A stretch of DNA of 64,000 bases from a virus: IMG/VR virus record IMGVR_UViG_3300034685_000168, positions 1-64,000 of that record. One strand, written 5' to 3'. Both the position numbers and the translations under genes were made by a program. Shown piece by piece: positions 28,968 through 37,458 of the stretch (position 1 is its first letter; each line of letters starts with the position of its first letter). The notes beneath the pieces were generated by a model. The model saw only the letters and a program-made list of their open reading frames with translations, made no database searches and had not been told where the DNA came from.

Positions 28968-31115
28968 ATGAGTGACACTCTAAATCTTAACGCAGCCCTA
29001 GCTAGACTAGATAAAGATGATTATTTCAAAGAACCTGATAAAATTAGCACACCTATTACTAAAAGAGCAAAGGTTATTCTTGATCAGTTCGATAGACTAA
29101 ATGACGAAATTGGTCTTGCTAACACATCAACAGATACTGGTGCTTATGTCCTTAACCCAACACTTAATCAAGCTGGTATGGGTTTTGATGCTATTAATAT
29201 TGATCCTGTTTTTGATTTTGTTAAAAATTCAATTAGTGAATCTGTGAGACCTAATGCTAGATCTATCGCAGAACAGACACTTTATACTCTAAATAAAGTT
29301 ACTACTCATGGTGGTAAGTCAGCAGCATTTGCTCTTAACCTAAGTGATAACCCAATGAAAGTTAGTGGGTATAAATCTATTACACCTATTAATAACTCTT
29401 TCAATTTCCTTAAGCCAAATAACCAGTCTTTTGGTGTTGAAATTGATAAAGTTACTTCTGATATTAGAATGACTACTTCTGTGGATATTCTAAGATATCA
29501 TGCAAGTCTAACTCATAAACTTGTTCCTGTTATTCCTACTAAAGATGCTATTATTAGATTTATTAAATCTGATCCAGTTTTCTTTGACGATACTATTCAA
29601 AACAGCAATGAAGATAGTGATTACACTAAACTTGTTTATCTTTATGAAGATGATTCTTTAGTTAAACCTAATCTTCCTAGAGTTGAAGTTCTTGCTATTA
29701 ATGGAGAACCAGTTATTGAAGATGGTATTCTTGCTCCTGGTAAATTCGATCTTCTTAAACTAAGTCTTAATGAAAATAGACCTGGTTATGAATCATTCAA
29801 TAAAACTGATACTATTGCTGATTCTGTGTATGTAGAACATGTTGTAGTTCGTGTTTATGATGGTACAACTGAAGAATTTTTTAAAGTTGCCATTGGTAAA
29901 AATCGTGGTAGACTTTCTATGATGACTAATGCCGATGGCTCTAAAAGAATTTGTAACTACAATACTCAAGTAGCATTTACAGCTGAATCCAAAAAAGTCG
30001 ATGGAACCGTTTCGTCTATCTTTAGTACTGCTCTTGCTGCTGGTGAAGAAATTGTATTCGACCTGGCATTTAGTGTTGACATTCTTCTACGTAATGGACA
30101 GGGTAATTTCCTTCCGTCATTTACACCAATTAAAGCTGTTGGTATTGGTGGTGCTGCTCCACAGGCTCCTGCGGATGCTCTACTAGCACTTCTTCAAACT
30201 AATGCTAATGGTAATAAACTTACAGAATGGAAACCATTCGCAGAATTCTCTGAAGAAAACCTTTCCAAGTCTTCGTTGGAAGTTACTAACCTTATCAGTG
30301 AACCAACATATAATCTTCCTACTGGTACTAACTACTTCTATAGTGAAACCATTATGGACAATGTTGAATCTGATGCTTCAAGAGCAATGAGTGTTATCAA
30401 TGCTATTATTGATATTGGTCAGGGTGGTAAACTTATGGACGATATCTACACCACTCTTATGGAAACAGAAGCTAATGTTAAGATCGATGTTAATGGTAGA
30501 TATCAAGCTAATGGTTGGGATGATCTATTCGTCGCAGGTTCTAAAGTTCTACCTTTTGTTGCTACAGATGGTCTTGATGTTGCTGTACATAAAACTCTAC
30601 AACCTATCGATCTACCTGGTAACGTTAAGCAGGAAGCAGTTCAGAAACTTCTTGAACTAGTAACTAATATTCATCAGGTTACTAAATTCCAGCAGCAACT
30701 TGGTGGTTCCATGGCAAGATATAGAGTGTTCACTTCTGGTGATGTTCTTGGTCTTGTACTTGGAAGAAAATTTACCTATACTCATTTTGAAAATGGTTCT
30801 GAATTCATTGATGGTGGTGCTGGTTACAGACTTGTTCTTGATAACGACACAATACTAGAAATCTTTACAACTACTCAAGCTGATTACTCTGGTAAAATAA
30901 TTGGATTCCCTGTTGTAAGTGATAAAGAATCTGAACTTAACATGGGTGCATTTTATACATTTGGAACAACTGTTGGTCATTATACTCAGACAAGAAGAGA
31001 AGTTATCAACAGAATGGTTGCTAATACAAGAGAATCATTTATTCCTAAGAACCCTATGGGATTCGTTTGTTCTATTTCTAATGTATACCAGATTCTTGAT
31101 GCATACAGACCTTAA
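28968..31115 (+). CDS. Major capsid protein (phiKZ gp120-like)
   Basis: 715 aa, strong AAGGAG RBS, biased codons, strong terminator, helicase-X-MCP synteny, FDLLKLS...TDTIA motif. Confidence 0.85.
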   Translation: MSDTLNLNAALARLDKDDYFKEPDKISTPITKRAKVILDQFDRLNDEIGLANTSTDTGAYVLNPTLNQAGMGFDAINIDPVFDFVKNSISESVRPNARSIAEQTLYTLNKVTTHGGKSAAFALNLSDNPMKVSGYKSITPINNSFNFLKPNNQSFGVEIDKVTSDIRMTTSVDILRYHASLTHKLVPVIPTKDAIIRFIKSDPVFFDDTIQNSNEDSDYTKLVYLYEDDSLVKPNLPRVEVLAINGEPVIEDGILAPGKFDLLKLSLNENRPGYESFNKTDTIADSVYVEHVVVRVYDGTTEEFFKVAIGKNRGRLSMMTNADGSKRICNYNTQVAFTAESKKVDGTVSSIFSTALAAGEEIVFDLAFSVDILLRNGQGNFLPSFTPIKAVGIGGAAPQAPADALLALLQTNANGNKLTEWKPFAEFSEENLSKSSLEVTNLISEPTYNLPTGTNYFYSETIMDNVESDASRAMSVINAIIDIGQGGKLMDDIYTTLMETEANVKIDVNGRYQANGWDDLFVAGSKVLPFVATDGLDVAVHKTLQPIDLPGNVKQEAVQKLLELVTNIHQVTKFQQQLGGSMARYRVFTSGDVLGLVLGRKFTYTHFENGSEFIDGGAGYRLVLDNDTILEIFTTTQADYSGKIIGFPVVSDKESELNMGAFYTFGTTVGHYTQTRREVINRMVANTRESFIPKNPMGFVCSISNVYQILDAYRP

Positions 31116-31163
31116 TTTATAAGTCCTCTTACCTTAGAATAAAGGTGATCGTTATAATACCTT

Positions 31164-31201
31164 AGTTATAGGATACGGTGTAAAAGCCGTATCCTATAAC
31201 T
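31164..31201 (+). terminator. Terminator after the capsid gene (GTAAAA loop)
   Basis: AGTTATAGGATACGGT-GTAAAA-GCCGTATCCTATAACT. Confidence 0.85.
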
Positions 31202-31265
31202 TAAAATTATATATATTTATCATATTATATTTAAAAGAGATTTTTAATGAAAGAGGAGTTTAATT

Positions 31266-32966
31266 ATGTCTAATCAAGGAGAATGGGTAGTTGTTCATAC
31301 TTGTAGTTTTTTAACTAATAAACAAAATATAACTAAACCTATACCTAACTTTTACAACAATGATGTTAAGACATTGACTGAAGTTGTAAAATTAACTTTA
31401 CAAAATAATGTAACAGGAGAAGTTAAATCTAAATATATAGAAAATCCCATGAGAAGTTTCTATATAGCTAAACCACAATTTAGAGATCCTAATTCTCCAT
31501 ATTATTATAATTATAAAAAAGAAAATGAATCATTAGATAATTTAGATGAATATAAATGTATTAATAAAGATTTACCTATAGAAATTATGAAAGCATTAGG
31601 AGAATCAACATTCGGTTATAGAGGTCTTAGTTTAAAACAAGCATGTAATAGTCCTTATGTATATGGAGCCGATATACCACAAGAAGTTATATTTAAACAT
31701 GCTATTAATAGTAAAGTGGAACATGGGTTAAGTAAAATTAACACAGGTTTTCTCGACTTAGAAACTTCTGTATTACCTACCTCTAAAAATAAAGTAATTA
31801 TTAGTTCTTTCATAGATAATAATTATAATTTATATATAACAGTTTTAAAAGATTTTCTTCCTAAAGACTGGACAGAAGAAGATATTACTAATCATGTAAA
31901 AGAAAGACTTAAAAATGTTATATTGGATTATGGTTTAAAAATTACTATAGATTATTTTAAAACCGAAACTGAAGTAATCTTACATTCATTAAAACAAATA
32001 CATGAAAGTAATATTTGTATGTGTGGTATCTGGAATATAGATTTCGATATTCCACGTATTATAGAGCGATTACAGTTTTTAGGTGTAGATGTTAATATGG
32101 CATTTAACTCTCCTAAAACTCCTAAAAAATATAGATTTTTTCAATATTTAAAAGATCATGCTCAAGTCGCACATATTACAGATAAATGGCATGTTGCTGT
32201 CACTGGTTCTAATGTATTTTTTTATGATAGTATGTGTCTCTATAGTAGAGAAAGAAAGATTAAAGGAAGAGAGAAAAATTATCAACTTGGTTACATAAGT
32301 AGTATAGAAACAGATTTAACTAAATTAAGTTTTGGTAAAGAAAAAGGTCATTATGAAATGCAAAGTGATCCTAATAATTTCCCTGACTATATTGCTTATG
32401 GTGGACTAGATCCTTCATTATTACGTATAATGGAATCTAAGAATAATGATACTGTTGCATTAATAAGTGGATTAAATGATAGTAGAGTTCAAGATTATGC
32501 AAGAGCAACTGTATGTTTACGAGATGACTTATTCGCTTATTATAAAAAAATAAATAGGATAAATGGTTCTGTTGGTACTGCTGATGCTATGATGACTAAA
32601 TGGGATAAGTATATACCAGCAGTTGGTGGTAATGTATTAGATCCATCTTTATGTTTTGGTACTGGATTAAAATGTCTTAGAGAAGCACCATCTATAGTAA
32701 CCAATATAAGTAGAGCTGTATGTGATATAGATGTTAGTTCTATGTATCCTAACTTAAATATTACTTTTAATATTAGTAAGAAAACTAAATTATCTACTTG
32801 TATTTATATAGTAGATGAAAATAAAAAGAATTATGATTTAGTCCAATTTTTTAGTCATATAGTAAGTCCCCATGAAAATGCAGTTAGAATATGTAATGAA
32901 TATTTTAATTTACCTGATTATATACAAATGGAAAATATAGTAGATTCTATGTTAGAAAAAAAATAG
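31266..32966 (+). CDS. Split family B DNA polymerase subunit (3'-5' exonuclease plus palm motif A; phiKZ gp82-like)
   Basis: ExoI FLDLET, ExoII WNIDFDIP, motif A DIDVSSMYP; ends without motifs B and C. Confidence 0.9.
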   Translation: MSNQGEWVVVHTCSFLTNKQNITKPIPNFYNNDVKTLTEVVKLTLQNNVTGEVKSKYIENPMRSFYIAKPQFRDPNSPYYYNYKKENESLDNLDEYKCINKDLPIEIMKALGESTFGYRGLSLKQACNSPYVYGADIPQEVIFKHAINSKVEHGLSKINTGFLDLETSVLPTSKNKVIISSFIDNNYNLYITVLKDFLPKDWTEEDITNHVKERLKNVILDYGLKITIDYFKTETEVILHSLKQIHESNICMCGIWNIDFDIPRIIERLQFLGVDVNMAFNSPKTPKKYRFFQYLKDHAQVAHITDKWHVAVTGSNVFFYDSMCLYSRERKIKGREKNYQLGYISSIETDLTKLSFGKEKGHYEMQSDPNNFPDYIAYGGLDPSLLRIMESKNNDTVALISGLNDSRVQDYARATVCLRDDLFAYYKKINRINGSVGTADAMMTKWDKYIPAVGGNVLDPSLCFGTGLKCLREAPSIVTNISRAVCDIDVSSMYPNLNITFNISKKTKLSTCIYIVDENKKNYDLVQFFSHIVSPHENAVRICNEYFNLPDYIQMENIVDSMLEKK

Positions 32967-32978
32967 ATTAATATTATT

Positions 32979-33017
32979 AACTTATATAAGAGGGAATAAA
33001 ACCCTCTTATATAAGTT
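32979..33017. terminator. Bidirectional terminator
   Basis: AACTTATATAAGAGGG / CCCTCTTATATAAGTT. Confidence 0.8.
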
Positions 33018-33018
33018 T

Positions 33019-33408
33019 TTATAATGTATTATAGACTTCATTATTAATAGGTTTTTTAATAGGAATAGTTCCTATTATTTTACACTGGTAATTTTCTTTT
33101 ACTTCTTCTTCTTTTTTGAAGTTATATACCCATGTCCTTAGATATGGATATTTAGAATAAATTGATTCCAATAATTTTCTTGTTGTCATACTTTGCATAT
33201 TGTCAGAATGATTAGCAAGTAATATTACTGGTTTTGCATTTTCATATGGTAAGAAAGATCTTAAAATATAAAAATCTTTATTAAGATCAACTTTTTGTTT
33301 CGTTTTTTCTTTATTTACAAATTCAGCAAGTTCTAAACCATATTTGTAAATATAGACTTCTTTTCTTGTATTATCCATTGTAATACAATCTTTAACAATA
33401 ATCTTCAT
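33019..33408 (-). CDS. Hypothetical protein
   Basis: 129 aa, AAGGAG RBS. Confidence 0.75.
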   Translation of the reverse strand: MKIIVKDCITMDNTRKEVYIYKYGLELAEFVNKEKTKQKVDLNKDFYILRSFLPYENAKPVILLANHSDNMQSMTTRKLLESIYSKYPYLRTWVYNFKKEEEVKENYQCKIIGTIPIKKPINNEVYNTL

Positions 33409-33580
33409 TTTAGTTAAACTCCTTTAGTTAAGTTTTTTACATAAAACTCCCATAGTTTAAATTACATTAAAAACTTGTTGATTTTCAATACGAAAAAGTC
33501 TCTAGAATTTTAAAAATCAACTAGGGTGTATGATGATACAACCCCTATCTAAATCTTATGAAATCTTTAATTAATAAATA

Positions 33581-33612
33581 ATAAGTGTAGGTCAATATTG
33601 ACCTACACTTAT
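33581..33612. terminator. Perfect palindrome, probable terminator
   Basis: ATAAGTGTAGGTCAAT|ATTGACCTACACTTAT. Confidence 0.7.
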
Positions 33613-33620
33613 CTAATATT

Positions 33621-34073
33621 TTAAAAATATTTAAATTCCAATTTCATTGGTTCATATTTTCTAAACTCTTGTCTATCATTTTGATTTTTATATATTATTT
33701 TCTTTAAAACAATTGAAGAAAAATTAATATTTAATAACATATTGTATGGTTCAGTTTCATTTATGTTATTATATATATTTTCAAAATTATTATTTAATTC
33801 TAAAACAACATTTTCATTTAATTTAAAAGTTTTATTTGTTTCATTTATTATAAGGTTACTATCATCTTTCATTATTTTACATTTAAACAAATGATCTTTT
33901 AAATCCAAATCTTTAATTGTTACAAGAAAATTATGTGTAGATTGTGTTGAATCTATATATGAAAATAAAATAGATTTATTGTTATTAAGTAAAAGAAGTA
34001 GTTGTTCTTTATAATCTTCTTTTACTTCGAAATAACCTGTGAGTTTTCCAGTATATTTACCTAAATAATTCAT
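33621..34073 (-). CDS. Hypothetical protein
   Basis: 150 aa, GAGG RBS. Confidence 0.7.
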   Translation of the reverse strand: MNYLGKYTGKLTGYFEVKEDYKEQLLLLLNNNKSILFSYIDSTQSTHNFLVTIKDLDLKDHLFKCKIMKDDSNLIINETNKTFKLNENVVLELNNNFENIYNNINETEPYNMLLNINFSSIVLKKIIYKNQNDRQEFRKYEPMKLEFKYF

Positions 34074-34086
34074 TATGCACTACCTC

Positions 34087-34467
34087 TTAAATTGCTGGTT
34101 GTTTCATATTATACCCATAACCATTAGGTCTGTTATAACTAGGTATACCTGTTCCATATCCTGTATTCATAGGATAACCATGGTGCGGTGGTGGATACCC
34201 ATATCCAGGTACTGGAGAACCTTGTTGAGGATAACCATGATGGGGCTGTGGATATATTGGTGGTGGTGTATATGATTGTGTTGGTGGATATCCACCAGGA
34301 TTGTATTGTGGTGCTTGAGGATTAATACGATTAGCACCAATACATTCCCTCAATTTTTCCATCCGTTCTTCCATAAATTGAACTTGTTTTACATACGTAT
34401 TAAATGTATGTTTCATTTCTGTAAGAGTTTGTTCAATCAAACTCAATTCTTCTGATGCGGTTGTCAT
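34087..34467 (-). CDS. Coiled-coil protein with Pro/Gly/Tyr/Gln low-complexity C-terminus
   Basis: Helical first ~45 aa, then PQYNPGGYPP...HHGYP...HHGYP...GYGY; AAGGA RBS; own promoter. Confidence 0.8.
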   Translation of the reverse strand: MTTASEELSLIEQTLTEMKHTFNTYVKQVQFMEERMEKLRECIGANRINPQAPQYNPGGYPPTQSYTPPPIYPQPHHGYPQQGSPVPGYGYPPPHHGYPMNTGYGTGIPSYNRPNGYGYNMKQPAI

Positions 34468-34526
34468 AATTAAATTTCCTTTTTAATTTAGTTTAAAAAT
34501 ATATTTTTAGACTCTATATCATAACT

Positions 34527-34552
34527 GTAATATATAAATAAAAATGATGTGA
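34527..34552 (-). promoter_or_regulatory. Putative early promoter
   Basis: TCA-CATCATTTTT-ATTTATATATTAC. Confidence 0.8.
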
Positions 34553-34614
34553 AATATAAAAAGTTTATTATGTTATAATTAAACTGTAAAAAATAACATA
34601 AGGATTTGAGTATT

Positions 34615-35190
34615 ATGAGAAAACCAAAAAATATAATTAGAGTTATGGGAATAGATCCAGGATACACATGTTTAGGTTGGAGTATAATAGATTATAATCC
34701 AGATGATAATACTAAAACAGTAATTAAAACTGGAGATATAAAAAGCAATTATGTTGCTAAAAAGAGAAAAGATGAGATATTAAAATTTAATTCTAAAATG
34801 GTAAGTTCATCTGTATTAAAAGAATCTATAAATCCAGTATTAGAAACTTATAAACCTGATTATATAGCATCTGAAGATGCATTCTTTTATAGAGCAGCAT
34901 TTTCAGCATATTTATCAATTGCTTTATGTATTAATGTTATAGAAACAATATTATACGAACAATATCAAAAACCTCTTTATAAATATAAACCTAAATATAT
35001 TAAATTAATATTTACTGGTAATGGTAATGCTTCTAAAACATTAATGAAAGAAACTGTATTGAATAATGATTCTATTATATTTAAACAAAAATCATTAGTT
35101 ATACATGATAAGTTAAGTGAGCATATATATGATTCAATAGCTGTAGCAACTGTATTTTTAACACAAGAAATAATACCTAATTTAAAATAA
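34615..35190 (+). CDS. ruvC: RuvC-like Holliday junction resolvase
   Basis: MGIDPG..LGW, ASEDAF, TGNGNASK, HIYDSIAVA; ATG at 34615 preferred over TTG at 34606. Confidence 0.92.
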   Translation: MRKPKNIIRVMGIDPGYTCLGWSIIDYNPDDNTKTVIKTGDIKSNYVAKKRKDEILKFNSKMVSSSVLKESINPVLETYKPDYIASEDAFFYRAAFSAYLSIALCINVIETILYEQYQKPLYKYKPKYIKLIFTGNGNASKTLMKETVLNNDSIIFKQKSLVIHDKLSEHIYDSIAVATVFLTQEIIPNLK

Positions 35191-35200
35191 AAAAAATAAT

Positions 35201-35232
35201 ACTACTAGAGAGGACAAAACCTCTCTAGTAGT
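35201..35232. terminator. Bidirectional terminator
   Basis: ACTACTAGAGAGG-ACAAAA-CCTCTCTAGTAGT. Confidence 0.8.
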
Positions 35233-35255
35233 TAATTAGGTATAAATAATATTAT

Positions 35256-35666
35256 TTACTTTCTTGCTTTAGAAACTCTTTCTCTAATATCTTTATAAAC
35301 AGTTTCCATTTCTTTATTTCTTCTTTTAAAAAGTTTTACAGAAACATTACCATGTACTTTATCAGTTGTTCCTGTCTGAAGATTTCTTATTTCTTTTTCT
35401 TCTTCATATTTAAATGTAACACCGGAGCCTGAACCAGTGAAAACATTGATTTTACAGTTCTCACCTTTTTCCTCTCCAATTTTTCCAATATATTCCATAC
35501 CTGAAAGAATCATTTTATTATCAGCATCTTCTTTCTTCTTAAGAAGATCTTTAGAAAAACCTTCTTCTTTCATGTAATCTACATATGTAGACTTTTCAAC
35601 TTTGGCTTCGTGGTAATCACCCTTCTTTGTAAATTCAACGTTGTCGAACATTTTTACTTCTGTCAT
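35256..35666 (-). CDS. Putative HU/IHF-like DNA-binding protein
   Basis: Lys-rich; EKEIRNLQTG resembles the HU beta-arm RNPQTG; AAGGAG RBS. Confidence 0.5.
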   Translation of the reverse strand: MTEVKMFDNVEFTKKGDYHEAKVEKSTYVDYMKEEGFSKDLLKKKEDADNKMILSGMEYIGKIGEEKGENCKINVFTGSGSGVTFKYEEEKEIRNLQTGTTDKVHGNVSVKLFKRRNKEMETVYKDIRERVSKARK

Positions 35667-35821
35667 TTTAAACTCCTTAATTGATTATAAGATTAAATTA
35701 TTAATTAATAAATTAATCAACACATACTTTTTTTATATTAAGTAGTATTAATTAACTATAGTGTTATAACATATTAATGCACTGTAAAAAAGTACACTAA
35801 TATGTTATGGGTTGATGAGTT

Positions 35822-36436
35822 TTAAGTAGACAAATAGTCTACTATGTTTTTCAATATAATTAATTTATCTTTTTCTTCCTTTAAATCATTATACATTTTA
35901 ATATAATTTTTTATTAGAGGATACTCTGAATAAAAATCAGAAGTTTTATTTTTATCAACTTCATTATCCAAAGTGTCCAAAAGAGATTCTGGCATTAATA
36001 TATTTGATGTTTTCTCCGGTATTTCATTAATAATTATTTGAGTATTATCAAATTCTTTAGGGAATGCATATATTGTATTGTCATCGGGATCTTCTTCTAT
36101 TTCAAGTAATCCAACGAAAAAAGACATGATATTTACTCTCATACAATATGCGAGTTTAATAAGTTCTTCCCATGATGGTTTTACATAACCAACATTTTTA
36201 CAAAAGGAATAGAATTTTGGTTTTTCTAATTCCTCTGAAAAATTCTTTTCATAGGTTAAATCTTTTTCTTGTTTAATACTAACAATATTTTCTCTTATTG
36301 TATTATAAACACCTGTTCCATATTTTTGAGTAAAAGATCTGCGAATAATCCTTTCATAGAATTCTTTTATCTCATCAATGTCATATTCAATGTCGTCCCA
36401 GTTCAGTTGTTTTTTGTCAAGTGTACATAAATTCAT
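35822..36436 (-). CDS. Hypothetical protein
   Basis: 204 aa, GGGAG RBS, own promoter. Confidence 0.75.
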   Translation of the reverse strand: MNLCTLDKKQLNWDDIEYDIDEIKEFYERIIRRSFTQKYGTGVYNTIRENIVSIKQEKDLTYEKNFSEELEKPKFYSFCKNVGYVKPSWEELIKLAYCMRVNIMSFFVGLLEIEEDPDDNTIYAFPKEFDNTQIIINEIPEKTSNILMPESLLDTLDNEVDKNKTSDFYSEYPLIKNYIKMYNDLKEEKDKLIILKNIVDYLST

Positions 36437-36490
36437 ATCTCGTCTCCCATGTGTAAATTAAATTAATATTATTAACTCTATATTATTAAT

Positions 36491-36516
36491 GAAATATATA
36501 AATGAAAATTAATTGA
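36491..36516 (-). promoter_or_regulatory. Putative early promoter
   Basis: TCA-ATTAATTTTC-ATTTATATATTTC. Confidence 0.8.
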
Positions 36517-36552
36517 AAAAAAAATAAAATATATGTGGGGACCGAAGTCCCC
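36512..36552 (-). repeat. Cassette-end module copy 2 (UUCG terminator plus tail)
   Basis: ATTGAAAAAAAAATAAAATATATGTGGGGACCGAAGTCCCC, near-identical to 5311-5354. Confidence 0.9.
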
Positions 36553-36564
36553 TCATGATATTGT

Positions 36565-36795
36565 TTATTCTTTTAGTATCTCTTCTGGTCTTAAGAAAGA
36601 CCAGATACCTCCCGAATGGAGGTAATTTAAATAGTCAACAGTGCTCATTTCATACAACTTGTCGGGGATTACTTCCCCATTTTGTTCATATCCCCTTGGA
36701 GAAAACACAAGGTCCTTGTCCTCTCCTAAAGAAGATTTTATTATTTCTACCCAATCTTTTGGCATTTCATCTTTTTCTAAAATTATTGAATTCAT
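36565..36795 (-). CDS. Hypothetical protein (cassette-borne early gene)
   Basis: 76 aa, AGGAG RBS, own promoter and terminator. Confidence 0.8.
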   Translation of the reverse strand: MNSIILEKDEMPKDWVEIIKSSLGEDKDLVFSPRGYEQNGEVIPDKLYEMSTVDYLNYLHSGGIWSFLRPEEILKE

Positions 36796-36956
36796 TTTAA
36801 ACTCCTATAATTTAATTAAATTAATAATAGAATAAAACAACTTATTTTGCTTTATTCTATTATAGATATATATAACTGAAATTCACTGATTAACACTTTT
36901 TTATATTATCTGAATATTCTATAATGATAATGAATTAAATAGAAAGTATATTAATT
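36793..36956. repeat. ~164-bp direct repeat, copy 1 (start codon, RBS, leader hairpin, early promoter, upstream region)
   Basis: Aligns with 37295-37458 with only a few differences; includes the promoter at 36865-36889. Confidence 0.95.
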
Positions 36957-36996
36957 GAAAAAAAAAAATAAAATATATATGGGGACCGAAGTCCCC
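36954..36996 (-). repeat. Cassette-end module copy 3 (UUCG terminator plus tail)
   Basis: ATTG-A11-TAAAATATATATGGGGACCGAAGTCCCC. Confidence 0.9.
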
Positions 36997-37003
36997 TTTT
37001 ATT

Positions 37004-37297
37004 TTATTCTTCCTCTTCAGTTTTTTCTTCAGTTTTATAAAATTCTGGACGACGAGCTTTTAACTCATCGATATTTGATTCGGTTCTTGTCTTAATCCTT
37101 TCATATGCGATAAAACATCTGGTCGCAATCGTTGCGATCGCGTCCTGCACATGAGGGTCCTCAAGAACTTCAAGTGCCTCTTCGGCACCAACTACCATGT
37201 TTTTGTACATCGTAGTTACGATGTCACCACCGATTACCATGTTGTTTATGAAAAGTTCGATTTTTTCTTCTGTGGTTTTGTTGTTTTCTGTAGTCAT
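37004..37297 (-). CDS. Hypothetical protein (cassette-borne early gene, 97 aa)
   Basis: Start moved to MTTENN (ATG at 37297, AAGGAG RBS); more GC-rich than flanks. Confidence 0.8.
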   Translation of the reverse strand: MTTENNKTTEEKIELFINNMVIGGDIVTTMYKNMVVGAEEALEVLEDPHVQDAIATIATRCFIAYERIKTRTESNIDELKARRPEFYKTEEKTEEEE

Positions 37298-37458
37298 TTT
37301 AAAACTCCTTAATTTAATTAAATTAATATAAGAATAAAACAACTTATTTTGCTTTATTCTATTATAGATATATATAAATGAAATTCACTGATTAACACTT
37401 TTTTATATTATCTGAATATTCTATAATGATAATGAATTAAATAGAAAGTATATTAATT
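37295..37458. repeat. ~164-bp direct repeat, copy 2
   Basis: Matches 36793-36956; contains the promoter at 37367-37391; ends exactly before the SbcC ATG. Confidence 0.95.

Noticed and set aside
30001-31122. Several short alternate-frame ORFs inside the capsid gene
   Set aside because: Leu-rich off-frame artefacts of NNT codon bias.
36512-36996. Repeated palindromic GGGGACCGAAGTCCCC as a CRISPR array or integron attC
   Set aside because: Only three copies, separated by whole genes or 31 kb; no cas or integrase gene in the window; UUCG loop and T-tail fit a terminator.
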